Source: the human T2T-CHM13v2.0 reference genome, Homo sapiens
Assembly (NCBI RefSeq): GCF_009914755.1
Contig: NC_060928.1
Length of the DNA stretch: 64,000 nucleotides
Direction: 5' to 3' (one strand)
Shown in pieces: positions 29,861 through 45,542 of the stretch. The notes under the pieces were generated by a model, which ran no database searches, was not told the DNA's origin, and saw only the letters and a list, made by a program, of their open reading frames with translations. Both the position numbers and the translations under genes were made by a program. Position 1 is the stretch's first letter. Every line of letters starts with the position of its first letter.

Positions 29861-30809
29861 TGACTCTTCCCTCTCCCTAAAACAGCCTCCCAAACACTCA
29901 AGAAAATGAGCCTTTCCAACATAAGACATCAAATAGTAGGCCTATGTAGTGGTTTTCATGTAGCAGATATCCAAAGACTATAGCTTCAAAACGAATATGT
30001 TCTTTTGTAGTCTACAATAAAATTATTACTGTATACAATGTTTTCTTTTAAATCAGTGTGAGGCTTAAATGAGTTATTCTTTTAAAAATATTTTCTGTCC
30101 TTTCTCTATCTGCATATGTATATTTCATTGAGGTAATAAATCTACAAGATATGTTGTCTCTCTTACTTTAAATGATCATGATTTAGTAATAAATCAAGAG
30201 GAGTGCTGAGATTTGACCTTAGGGCATCTGCACATTTTAAGATGTTACTTAGGTGAACCTGAAAGATTCTAAGCACAGCACTATCAGAGAGAGAAGAATG
30301 ACAGGTACAACTCTGTTTATCATTTTTCTAGTAACTATAAGATCATTCCTGAAGTTCCTAGCCCTCATTAGATAAATTCTGATGTTTTATACAGAACAAA
30401 TTAGTGGCTTTAAACTCCTTGGTATTGGTAATATTTATGAACATAATTAATCCCAATGAAGCTGATGCTTCCAAAAGATGTTTGACAAACTATGACACTT
30501 TGATCATTTTCAGTAACTACTACCCTAAACTTTGTTATTTTGTTTTTGTGATGACAAGAAGTCATTTAGTAACAAAAATAGGCCTTTAAAGGCTATTTGT
30601 TATCATACCACCAGAAAAAAATAAGTCAATGTAGATCATCAAATAGTTTAGCCATTCACATTTATCTTGTTATTCTAAGTTTAAAAGGTATCTATCAACT
30701 AATATATTATTAAGCTGCTATATTAACATAGAAAATTTAGGGAAAGATTTAGAGAAAATTAAACTGGTAAGATTCTGTTTCTAAGACTGTGTAAGAAAGC
30801 TCACGAATA

Positions 30810-31240
30810 CTTACCAAGGGGGTCTTAAAGTTCCCCTCACCTTGACTAAACTTTAGACAGGCTTCTTCCTAACTTGAAGCCCCTGAACTCCCTTTTCTTA
30901 GAATATTTATTTTAGAGAACTTACAAATTATTTATCTAAAAATTTGAGATGTAAATCTTTTTAATAGCCTCTTACAAGCTTGACAACCTGATGATGTTTT
31001 TTTTTCAAGGACCTTGGAGCCATCCTTTTGAAATGTAATCATGAAAAAAAGAATGCTCTTGTCTTCCAATTTCTGTGAGAAAGTGGGAGCCTAACTTTGG
31101 AGGGCACGTATCTCCAACTTTAAAACTACCTCTGGACTTGAAGATACAAGAAAGTTTACTTTTCCTTTTGGTAAAGCCAATTAGCAAACACAAATAACCT
31201 AAATTCTTTATTTAGCATGCCATGTCTTAAAAGTTGCTGT
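30810..31240 (+). mobile_element. ERV1-class LTR fragment (MER39/MER34-like)
   Basis: ttgactaaactttagacaggcttcttcct, caaggaccttggagccatccttttgaaatgtaatc and gccaattagcaaacac. Confidence 0.75.
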
Positions 31241-31714
31241 CTTTTGAGAATCTTTAAATAAATAATTAAAACAAAATAACATGAGATTCTAAAGAATGAA
31301 AGAGGTTTTGTTAAGTATACAGAATATATTTTATTGATGTCAGAAATTGTCTGTAAGGTGTTTTTCTTCTAATCTATTTCTAATGACTACTATCAGAAAG
31401 CTCTAGGGTATAATAAAAAATATGATACTAAATCCAAGGATACACTGCCTTATAGTCTATTAAACATCTTGAGTAGTATTGTTGACAGCACAAAATTGAG
31501 GCATTTCTCCTCAGCGGCATGCAAATTGCAATTGGTTTTGCAATCAATTGGTGCAGTTTCTTCCCTTCTAGTCTACCATAGTTCAAATTTTTATACACAG
31601 TCTTCTTCCAGCATGAATAAGAAAATATTACAGGCATAAACTATTGTGATACTTACATAAATAAATACATTTTAACTTTATACCGATTATGTAAAGACAC
31701 CAAAATTTTTAGAA

Positions 31715-31850
31715 ATGTACTGGGATTTGTAAACTATTTAATTCAATCCTGTTTTGTAATATATGAGGAAACTAAGTATAAATAATATAGCAAAGGTCAA
31801 AACTGTTGATTAATGGCAGATTTAGTATTCTCATCTAGAATCCAGCTTAT
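31715..31850 (-). mobile_element. MIR fragment
   Basis: atatgaggaaactaag...caaaggtcaaaactgttgattaatggcaga, the antisense MIR core. Confidence 0.45.
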
Positions 31851-32539
31851 AGTACAGTTCCGTTTTCATTTTTACATGCCGAATATAATACTTTATAAAC
31901 CTTTATCAATCTCTTTTGAAATCAATATATTTCATTCAGTATTATGTACTATATATATGTAGGGTTAAATGGAAAGGAAACAAAAACAGTGGCCCACATT
32001 GCTAATGTTGGGGCTTTCTTCGTATCTCATTCACGAATAAAACAGTGATTATTATTATCATTATCATGGAAAGTTTTGGCACACATATTAATGACTCTAC
32101 ATTACTTATTTCATTTAATTTCAAATAACATAGCTCATTTTAAGCTTAGTAAGAATTCTTAGAAAGTGGAGCTGACTCAGATATGCTCATAAAATGGACA
32201 TATATGTATATATGCCTATATTTGTATGCATGCGTGGATAATATTTCTAAATTTATGTAAGTATATATGTTTATGTATGTATGAGTATATAATATTTCCT
32301 AAATTATATTATATAAAATATATATGCATGCATATACAGTATTTCAGAATTTATTTGTTTGGCTCTAAGAGTATTTATTGCCTGTTTCACTTATAAGTTT
32401 TTTATGTACTACAAGAACTTTCGGCAGAATAATTATCTCTGTTTGTATATCTCCTTCATTTGTTTTGTTTCAATTTCTATCTGATAAAGGCAACTTTTTC
32501 CCCAGAAGCATAAGACAAAACAATCAATAAAGAATTTTC

Positions 32540-35146
<2,607 letters not shown>

Positions 35147-36264
35147 AAAGAATTTTCCTTCTCTCTCAAACTGCTCCCTTATTTCTTTCTTCCTACTTTT
35201 CTCCTTTCATGAAATAATTTTCATTCCTTCTTAAATGTTATCAGTTTTCTTTGCATTTTGTCTAAAATATGTTATGACTTTTATCCAGAATAAAGTGGAA
35301 GTCTCCTAAATATCTGTCAGTGATAGGGATGAACTACTGTCAGAATGTTTTGTCCAGTGGGCATGAAACAGGAAAAAAAAAACACATAACATATAGGGAA
35401 ATAAAGAATTTGGGTAAGCAGCTTTTTTCTCCCATTTTTTGTCATCTCTAAAATCTCTCTAGCCAATCTTTTACAAAATATCCCATCAACTTTATGCACA
35501 CCAAGACTAACGAACTTACTTTTCTTTAAGATTAATTTAACAGTATCTATGATCAATTGAAAGTTGTCATGGTTCTTGCAGCATGCCACGTAGAAAAGTA
35601 GACATTTTGTGGTGAAGACAACAAATGTTTATGAAAACTAACCCAGAACAAGTGGTCCTATTGCAAACCACAACAAAACACATGGGATATTCTATTTTCT
35701 TCCCCTTATGAAGAAAAGTGTATTTACTTCCTTAAACTTTGTTGTCTCTTTAATCCAGTAGACGTTTATTGACTGTTTCAGTTTTGCACTGTGTTATGTA
35801 GAGGAAACAATGTAAGCAGGATGGCATGTGCTCTGATAAGGAAAAGAGATACTATATATACAAAAGATAGTGAAAGGTAGCTAATGACAAGTAGTGGGGT
35901 AGAGGGGACAATACAGAGAAAAAGAGAGAGAGGAAAATGCATGACTGAGGAACTTCAAAAGTTTCATGCTTTTAATGTGGGCATTGGGAACTAGAAGTTC
36001 TTCAAGGCATAAATAAGAGACAAGCATTTCAAAGAGTGTAAAACTGTGAATAAGAGCAAGGTTACACATACTATTTTTAATGATTATAAGAACCGTCATG
36101 TCTCAAAAAAAAAGAGCCATCTTTTTTACCTGGAGTCTTTTGAGATAATTGTGTTACTTATTTTTTAAAAAGATCTAAAATATAATTGAATTTAATGCTA
36201 GTTTAGGGTATAATCCTTTGTCCACATGTAACTTCCAATTAGGTTGTTAAGTGGCTCTTTTTAT

Positions 36265-36265
<1 letters not shown>

Positions 36266-36302
<37 letters not shown>

Positions 36303-36310
36303 CTCTCTCT
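36266..36310. repeat. (TATC)9 tetranucleotide STR followed by short (CT)n
   Basis: tatc repeated from 36266 to 36301, then tctctctct. Confidence 0.95.
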
Positions 36311-37276
36311 AGTTACTATTATCTGTTTATCCTTAATAACTTATCTACCTATTCAGTCATCCATGCATCTGTCCATCTGTCATTTTGTCTTCTCTCGCTA
36401 CCCATTATTTTTGCATAAGACATATAAACAATAATACTGTAATGTCTAAAGGAGTTATTGAATTATACAGTGGTACTATAATCTGATAATGCTTCAGAGT
36501 GGATCTGACATTTATGATTAGAAAAAGATTTCAGTGAGTGATGTGATTTAGCAAAGAGGAAGAAGATGATTACTTTTAATCATCTGAGAAAAAAGTATAG
36601 ACCCAGAACAAAGGCTGACTACTTACCTCATTTGTTTGAAATTTGTGGTTTTTCTAAGATTATAGTAGTTAGATAGAAGTTCAAAGAGCAGGTAACAACT
36701 ACATTTAGAAAACTAAAAAATATTTTCAAATTAACTGCTCAGTGACAACAAGCTTTTTTATCTGTTAAAATACATATTATGGGTGAAATTATAATTTCTC
36801 CACCTAAATAGTTGTAGGAAAATGAAGAGTTATATGTTAATACAATTTCTCACTTTCTACTTTTCAAAATAAATTTTAAATTAATCTTTTAAATTTTAAA
36901 ATAATTTATTAGAATAAAATTAGTGTCACTCTGTTTTTTCATATATACATGTTGATCAGGTTAATTAGGCATTAATCCCACAAAGGAAGTATATATAATA
37001 TAATATACAACTATTTGGATCTTATTATTAATTTTAAAATACAGTTCATAACTGTGCTTATTAAAATAGTGAAATATTTTTCTTTTGAAAAACGTGTAAC
37101 TTGATATCTAAATACTGTCATTGTGATTCTGTTGAAAATTCTCTGTGTTTTAAAGTAGTGATAAAAATCCACTTTGAATACAATTTCATGAAAAGGTGAG
37201 CATCTATTACTGTGGCTTGCTGACTATCTCCTGTAAGTTCAAAGGCTATAGAATTTCTAAGATATCAACATACTAT

Positions 37277-37847
37277 TGAGGTAGTAGATCAGCAGGGCTT
37301 GTTTTCCAAGCACTGGTGATGACCCCAGTCTCCACACTGCTGATCAGAGCAGGATGTGGTTGAAACAGTGTGCAGTGAAGAAGCCTGCTGAAACCAGCCC
37401 ATGGTGACAGAGAAAAGCGATCTCTGGTTTTCCTCGCTGCTTTTTAGCACGAAGACACTCCTACTGGTGCCATGAAAATTTACAAATGACATAGCAACAG
37501 GTCATGATAATGGCCCAGAAGTTACCTTATATGGTTCTGGAAACTCCCTGCCCCTTTTCCAGAAATTTCTGAATAACCCAGCTCTTAATTAGCATATACT
37601 TAAAAGAGGGTATAAATACCACTGCCAACAGCCCATACACTGCTACTCTGGGCACACTGCCACTGGGGTAGCCCTGTTCCACAAGGGGCAGTACCTCTGC
37701 TACTGCTGCTGCTACTGATGATGATGTTCATTGCTGCTTCAGTAAAAGTTGCTGACACCACAGGCTTGCCCTTGAATTTCTTCCTGAGTGAAGCCAAGAG
37801 GTCTCTGGGGCTAAGCTTCAGTTTTGGGGCTTGTCTTCCCTGCATCT
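37277..37847 (+). mobile_element. ERV1-class solo LTR (MER66/MER41-group-like)
   Basis: Starts tgaggtagtagatcagcagggcttgttttcc and ends ttttggggcttgtcttccctgcatc; TATA box gggtataaatacc at ~37608; 4-bp TSD CTAT at 37273-37276 and 37848-37851. Confidence 0.85.
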
Positions 37848-37934
37848 CTATGAACGTGTAAATGTAGCATCTTACTTTCAAGACAAATTCAATAATCATT
37901 TCATTTGCAAGGCTTTCCATGGCACACTTAGTAC

Positions 37935-38046
37935 CAGAGTCAGCAAACTTTTTCTATAAGGAGCCAGATGGCAAATATTTTCTGCTTTGTGGGCAGTACA
38001 TATGGTCTCTGTCACAACTACACAACCCTACTGTTGTAGTGTGAAA
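37935..38046 (+). mobile_element. MER58A-like hAT/Charlie MITE, 5' half
   Basis: cagagtcagcaaactttttctataaggagccagatggcaaatattt...atggtctctgtcacaactac. Confidence 0.8.
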
Positions 38047-39019
38047 TATAATCCTCAGGGACAAGATCGGTAATAGCAGAAGCCACAAATAGTAAGAAAA
38101 CTCACAGAGAATACAGGACTCAAGAAACAGTATCGGTATCAGCTGCCCCTTGTTACTTTAAGATTTTCTTTCCCCATATCCTTACCTGTGAATTTTTTTT
38201 TAGCTTAATAAGGATGGTGTTCTACTTAAAAATCTCCTTTCATTTTCCCTTGCTTAGAGTATACTCGACCCCTTTTTACCACCTTAGTAAGCAGGTTAAT
38301 TAAGTGAGCACTTTCTGGTAGTGGTCAAAAAACATCCCTGACTCACACCTTTAGTTTTCCTATTGATTGCACCTGCAATCTGTGTTACAACTAATACTAA
38401 GAAGATAAATCCCTTTTGTTCTGATAGTCTCAACTTCTTTCTCTAAGACAGGCAATACATTTACTAGTGAAAAAAATAAAATTTAAACCCCCTCATATAA
38501 ATATTGCATTTGATTCCATTCTTTTTACATGTAATATGCTCTATCAAAATGTGAAGCAAAAAGATCCTCTTTATTTTCTAAAATTTTCAGAAGGATGTTT
38601 TCAGAAGGATGAGTCAAAATCGGCCCCCTCCAAAGAATTTAGACTGCCAACACTTAGACATTTATTTAATGCTTCCCCACTTCTTCATATACATATATGT
38701 ATGTATATATATCAATGTTAAAAATTATATAGAGGGGTTATTATACAATATTCAACTAGTTAGATTATACATTTGATTCCATATTCTCTGGTGTGTATAA
38801 AATTTGGAGAGTGGAGGGACATTAAGACTCATCTGGCCAGTGGGAGAGTCGTAGATTTAAGTTTGGCAAATAAATCACCTTTTATTTAGAATTCCAAAGT
38901 GCAGTCTCAGTAAATAAAGCACACTGAGTTGAATGCAGAGTGAGGCATAATCATTATACTTATTATTATGTAGTCATTGTTTAGCTCTCGTATTGTCTTT
39001 ATAGATATGCTGTGGCTTC

Positions 39020-39110
39020 CAAAGAGCAGTGAACTATTTTATTTTATCTTTATATCCCAGTATCTGGCACAAAGCTTGGTACACCTAATGCATTAAAAAT
39101 GTTGAGTAAA
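39020..39110 (+). mobile_element. LINE-2 3' end
   Basis: ttatctttatatcccagtatctggcacaaagcttggtacac...aaatgttgagtaaa. Confidence 0.6.
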
Positions 39111-40359
39111 AGTGTGAAAAATTCTGCAGGCCATTGAATGATCTGTCCCTAAGTCTACTTAGGTAGAATTGTGTGACAAAAACAAGAGTCTGCAAACATT
39201 TTCTGGATGTCTGCACATGTGAATAAGTGAATGATGCATTAAATATAATACACACTAACACATATCTAATTAATTTAGCTTTTTATGCCTGATAAAAGAA
39301 TAATGAGAAACTCTAAAAGATATTGCTTTGAGATATTTCCCTCTGGACTCATTTACAAGCTAACAGAAGGATGTAAATCTGGTAATCGGTAAAATTTGCA
39401 TATTTGTGAAAGAAAGATCTGTGAGATGATAGAGCACTAGGAACTTTGCTCTATTTGATATTTTATAAGTTCATGCCATCAGATGGTGAATCCATTTGGG
39501 GAAAAAAAAATTCCTCCTAGAAAATTTGACGCTAAACACTGAAATGTAATAATATCCAATGTGAGAATGTCTCCTTTGACTTTGTATTTGCATTTCCCTG
39601 TACATCACAAAGAGGCTTGCACATCACTCATGAGTAAATTAATATGGTAATAATGGTAATAAAATACAAAACTATTTGAAGATCCTTGAAAAATTAAAAA
39701 ATCCATCCCTCAGATTATATGAATAGCCTTCTATTATCTGTGTTAATATCTTAAAATTAAATGTTCTCCCCCAAAATCAAATACAAACCTAAAACGTTTC
39801 TGTTTCCATTGAGTAAGTGTTTCTGACTTAGGGAATACAGCTAGCAGTCAGTGATCTGACAATATACCCTAGATACTGTAAGAGGAATAACACGTAAGTG
39901 AACACTCTACAGAGGAGAAGCCATAGATAAAATGGGAGTTTTAAGAGCCTGTAATCAAAGATGTGTAAGAAGCAGAGTGGCACATAAAAGGATCAAGAAC
40001 CTTAATTTTTGACAAAATATGGGTAAAAAAACTTATAGATGCATACTATTTAATATTAATATTATTAATATTTTCTTTTAAACAGATTTTGTAATGTTTA
40101 AAAAAGAACCAGCCCTTTGTGCTTGTTATGCTCTCTATCGGTTAGATAGATCTTCACTTAATTTACTGTCTTATCACTATGTACTCATCAATTACTTTTG
40201 GGTCTTTTTTTAAACATCTTCTTTGACCACCTTATCTACAATAATTACTTTTGCCATTCTTTGCTACCTCTTTATTCTACTGTGGTAATAGTGTCATATA
40301 CTATCATATATAGAAATTATAGCACTTTACAAAGGCACACATTGTGATGTTAGTGATAC

Positions 40360-40452
40360 TGTGTCATTTTTGCTACTGTGTTCTCAGCTATTGGAATACA
40401 TCACAGGTGCTCAATAAATAATTTTTGAATGCTGAATGTTGAATGAATGAAT
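40360..40452 (+). mobile_element. LINE-2 3' end
   Basis: acaggtgctcaataaataatttttgaatg...tgaatgaatgaat tail. Confidence 0.7.
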
Positions 40453-41434
40453 GGAGAAAATTCCCTGTTCAATCTAGTATTGATATTAAATCTCAACATA
40501 TTCAACTTAACCAACACCTTTCATGTTGTACGTTCATAATTTTAATGAATAAATGCATTAACCATGTAATTTTTAAATTGAATATGTATCTTTGTTAAGA
40601 TATTCCTACATATATAATTGCAGAATATATTCAACAAATATATTTGAATCTATTATGAATAATGCATGGTTTTCTGTTTTTAATTGTTAAACTACAAGTG
40701 TTTTAATGCCAATGGACTTACTTGCTGACAAATTTTATTTTAACTAACAAAAACGAGGTTAAAATAAAAATGACTTACAGTTAAAAATGGCAAAAAATGC
40801 AAACTACAAAAGTATAATTATGGTCAATAGTAAAGAGCATGAATGTTTTAAAATAAAAATACCAGGCTATTTTTCAAATTTTCTTGCATATTTTCATGTT
40901 GATTTGGTTCTCAAAATGAAATAAAATAAATATCTGAAGACTATTTTGGCAACTATAGAGATAAGTCAATAGATATATAACATAATCATGCTCAATAAGA
41001 AATTGCTATTTTGATCATTTCTTTCATTTCTGTTGTCAGTAACTGTGAAAATAACCTAAGAATATAGATGACACTCTACTCAGGAATGAAACCATTGCTT
41101 GCCCTCCAAAAGAAAAAAGATTATGAAAACAAAATAAAGAAAAAAGTCAGTTTTGACAGAAAACATAGCATGGAAAAATAAACTAAATTAAAACACAAAT
41201 TATCTTATATATATGATATTGCTAAATGTGTTAAAATGATTATTTTCTGCACTATGATTTTTATTTTTGTTTAATATGTTATTAAGACAAAAACATTTCT
41301 TAGAAATTAGGTTGAAAGTTATTTACTTTGTAGTGAGCTAGATATTTGAAAGAAATTAGCTGCTATGATTTCTTTTTTATTTTTTTAAATTTTATTTTAT
41401 AAGAGCACTAAGCATGAGATCTACACTCAACACG

Positions 41435-41828
41435 TTTTTTAAATTTTTTATTTATAATTATAATGGGTACATAATAAGTGTATATATTATTGGGGTGCAT
41501 GCAATATTTGGATACAGGCATGCAATGTGTAATAATCAGATCAGGGTAAATAGGGTATTCCTTTATCATTTATTTTTGTTAGAAACATTCCAATTTTACT
41601 CTTGTAGTTATTTTGAAATAATAAATTATTGTTGACTATAGTCACTGTTGTGTTATCAAATACTAGATAATATTCATTCCAACTATATTTTTGCACTCGT
41701 TAACCACTCCTACTTTATGTCTCATCACCACTACCATTCCCAGCATTTAGTAACCATAAATCTAGTCTCCATGAGTTCAGTTGTTTTAACTTTCATTTTT
41801 CACATGTAAGTGAGAACACGCAAAGTTT
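41435..41828 (-). mobile_element. Younger L1MA (MA1-3-like) 3' fragment nested in the L1MA9-like element
   Basis: gatacaggcatgcaatgtgtaataatcag...gtaagtgagaacacgcaaagtt; TSD core actcaaca at 41425-41432 and 41829-41836. Confidence 0.78.
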
Positions 41829-42330
41829 ACTCAACAAATTTTAAGTGTTAAATATAATATTGTTATCTATAGGTGCAAGGTTGTATATCAGAGCTCTAGA
41901 ACTAATTTCTCTTGCATAATTGGAATTGCGTATGTGTTGACTAGTAACTCCCCATTCACCTCCCCCAGTCCCTGATAAACATTATTCTATTCTTTGCACC
42001 TATGTTTTTGTATATTTTAGATATTTTATATAAGTGGAATCATGCAATATATGTATTTCTGTGATTGGCTTATTTCACTTAACATAATGCCCTCTGGGTT
42101 CATTTATGTTGTTCACATGTTGTAGGATTTCCTTCTTTTAAGGCTGAATAATATTCCATTATATATATGTATACCACATTTTCTTCATTCATCTGTTGGT
42201 GGATATTTAGATTGTTTACACATGTTGGCTACTGTGAATAGAGCTGCAGTTAGTGTGGGAGTTGTTATATCTCTTAAGGATTTCAATTATATTGGAGTAA
42301 TATTAAAAGTGGGTATGGTAGCTTTATTTT

Positions 42331-42661
<331 letters not shown>

Positions 42662-42806
42662 GTAGCTTTATTTTATTTTTAATTTTTGATGAATCTTCAT
42701 TCTGTTTTCCACAATGGAAAAAGCTAGATAGATATCCAATTTCCCCCACACCGTCTGTTGAAGAAACTATCCTTTCCTTATTGTGTAACGTGGCACCTTT
42801 ATAGAA

Positions 42807-43402
42807 TGTGATGGTTAATACTGAGTGTCAACTTGATTGGATTGAATGATACAAATTATTGATTCTTGTGTCTGTGAGGGTGTTGCCAAAGGAGATTAAC
42901 ATTTGAGTCAGTGGGCTTGGAAAGGCACAACCACCCTTAATCTGGGTGGGGCCAATCTAATTAGCTGTCAGCATGGCTGGAATACAAGTAGGCAGAAAAA
43001 TGTGAAAAGAGACTGGCCTAGCCTCCCAGCCTACATCTTTCTCCCATGCCGGATGCTTCCTGCCCTCTAACATCAGACTCCAGATTTGTGAGTTTTGTAA
43101 CTGGGACTGGTTCTCCTTGCTCCTCAGACTACAGACAGCATATTGTGGGACCTTGTGATGGTGTGAGTTAATACTTAATAAACTCCCCTTTATATATATA
43201 TATTTATATATATAATATGTTTTATTATATATGAAATACATATATATGAAATACATAAAATTATATCTAATTATATATTTATTAATATATTAATATCCAA
43301 TTATATATAATTATATGTAAATATATATAATTATATAAAAATATATATAATTTTATATATATTTCATTAATTCTGTGTCTCTAGAGAACCCTGACTAATA
43401 CA
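42807..43402 (+). mobile_element. HERV-L solo LTR, MLT2A1-like, with expanded TA-rich tract (~43191-43362)
   Basis: tgtgatggttaatactgagtgtcaacttgattggattga...ctagagaaccctgactaataca; 5-bp flanks tagaa/ttgaa. Confidence 0.92.
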
Positions 43403-45542
43403 TTGAAGATCAATTGAATATCTACGTGTGAATTTATTTCTGAGCTCTCTATTCTGTTCCATTGGTCTGTAGTTCTGTCTTTGTTCTAGTACCATACTGT
43501 TCTAACTACTGTACTTTTGTGATGCTTTTTATTGTCAATCAAGAAGTGCAATGTCTCCACCTTTAGTCTTTTTTTTCAAAATCGATTTGGCTATTGAGTT
43601 TTTTTGTGGTTCCTTATGAATTTTAGAATTGTTTTTTTCTGTTCTTATAAGAAAGGTTATTGAGATTTCAATAGGGATTCCATTAAAAGTTTAGGTCTCT
43701 TTGTTTAGTATGGACATCTTAACAATATTGAATCTTCCAATCCATAAATATTAAATGTCCTTCCATTGTTGTGTGCCTCACTTAATTTCCTTCATCAATA
43801 TTTTGTAGTTTTCAAAGTACACATCTTTCACTTTGTTAGTTAAATTAAGGCTAAGTATCTGATCATTTATAAATGCCCCACTTTGTTGATATGTTTCAAG
43901 TAACATAATTTTCATAACAGCCCTTTTATTAATTATATGTATTTAAAAGTAATGGATATATCCTTCTATATATTCTTCAAAAATTAACTGATTTTCTTTA
44001 GGAGATGGTTTTAAAACAGTGTTTTGCTAGTCAAGTAATATGTATTAATTTATATTCTAAACTAGACATTCTGCTGAAGTTCAGATATTAAAGTATGAAC
44101 AAGACAAATGTATTTATTATTTTTAAATCTGTGGTCTTTATGGGGAAGATAATTAAAAATATAACTAATTATTAAGAAGTAATATTTTTAAGTTAAAGGA
44201 AATAAAGATGCTGTGAGAGAGGCATTATATTTAATTGTATGTATATATAATCCAAACGATCTTATATCTAAGTGCTAAATTTTTGCTATGTTTTAAATTT
44301 TTTTTTGTGCTCAAATTTTGTGAAACTTGCCCAAAGTAAAAATTCTGAAAAAGCCATCTTTGAAATGCTTTATTTTCGTTCCTCATGTGGGCTAGTCATG
44401 CCCCCAAAAAAATTCTCCCAAAGGATACGCAGTTGATTTAAATTATTCATACTTTTAAATAATAAAAAGTAAATTACTTTTATATTTTAATTAAGTTCAC
44501 TCTACTACATATCTTTAAATGTAACTAATGTAATGTAAGAAAACTAAGCTTACACTTTGTCTTTAAGTCTTCAACCATACCTTAAACCCTACACAACATA
44601 TTTAAATTTAAGAAATTATAAGAAATAGTGGCTAGAGAATGTTAAGTCAGAAGAAAAACTAGACTTTGAAAACCTTGTTTTTCTTCAAAATGCAATGTCC
44701 TCTCTGTGCCTCTGGATGTCATAAGTATCAAAAGAAATAATTTATGACCAAGCTATTGTGTTTTGTATTTTTTACCTGCTACATACATACCTAATAAATA
44801 ATCATTTCACAACTTCTCTTTAAACCATACTATGGTCAATGAATCATGTAACATTTGTGATTGTCATCAGGTGAAACTGGGTCTTACAGAGCTCAGATAA
44901 GCCTTCGGTGATGACAGAATGTGAACCCTTCAGTATCAACACCAACTGACTTCCATCTATAGATTATGTTAAAAAATAAAATAATCTTTAGCACATGATC
45001 TAAGCCTAGAAGGCACAGAAATTGGCATCTTTATAGTATCTTAATAGTTATGGTTTGAAATTGCATAGTCCTCTCTCAACACTATAATTATCTTCTTTGA
45101 AAAATTTTTTGAAGGTAAGTATTTTTCATCATTTTATTGCACAATAGTATAACAGATTATACTTGGTTTTGGTGAGATATTAAGTTATACTCGTTGAGAA
45201 GAAGAAATATTTTGACAAGTGCCAAAATAAGCAACATTCTCTCTTCAAGATACATGCTGTTTTATACTGTAAGAATAGGCTTTTTTAAATATGTTTTTGA
45301 AAGATAATATACATCTATTAAATTTCTAAAATATGTGGTTGTAATTTTTCACTATTATTATTTAATTTCATTGGATATACAATATAAATTTTTGAGGAAT
45401 AAATTATTGTAACAATGTAGAGAATGATAAATAAACTCCTAAAATGGCCATTCTGTTAAATGTGGTGAGTTACATGTTTACTGTTCCTGTGACTATATTT
45501 AAACATTGAAATGTCATCTTTCCATCCATTTAACTTATAATC

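Noticed and set aside
39394-39593. Two ATTTGCAT octamer motifs and an 8-bp inverted repeat (atagagca...tgctctat, 39429-39454) sharing a core with the 19542 palindrome
   Set aside because: Short matches expected by chance in AT-rich DNA; no canonical SOX-OCT arrangement.
45109-45122. Consensus splice donor AAG|GTAAGT, with the same 14-mer at ~26633
   Set aside because: A few such sites are expected by chance in 64 kb; no convincing acceptor or coding exon upstream.
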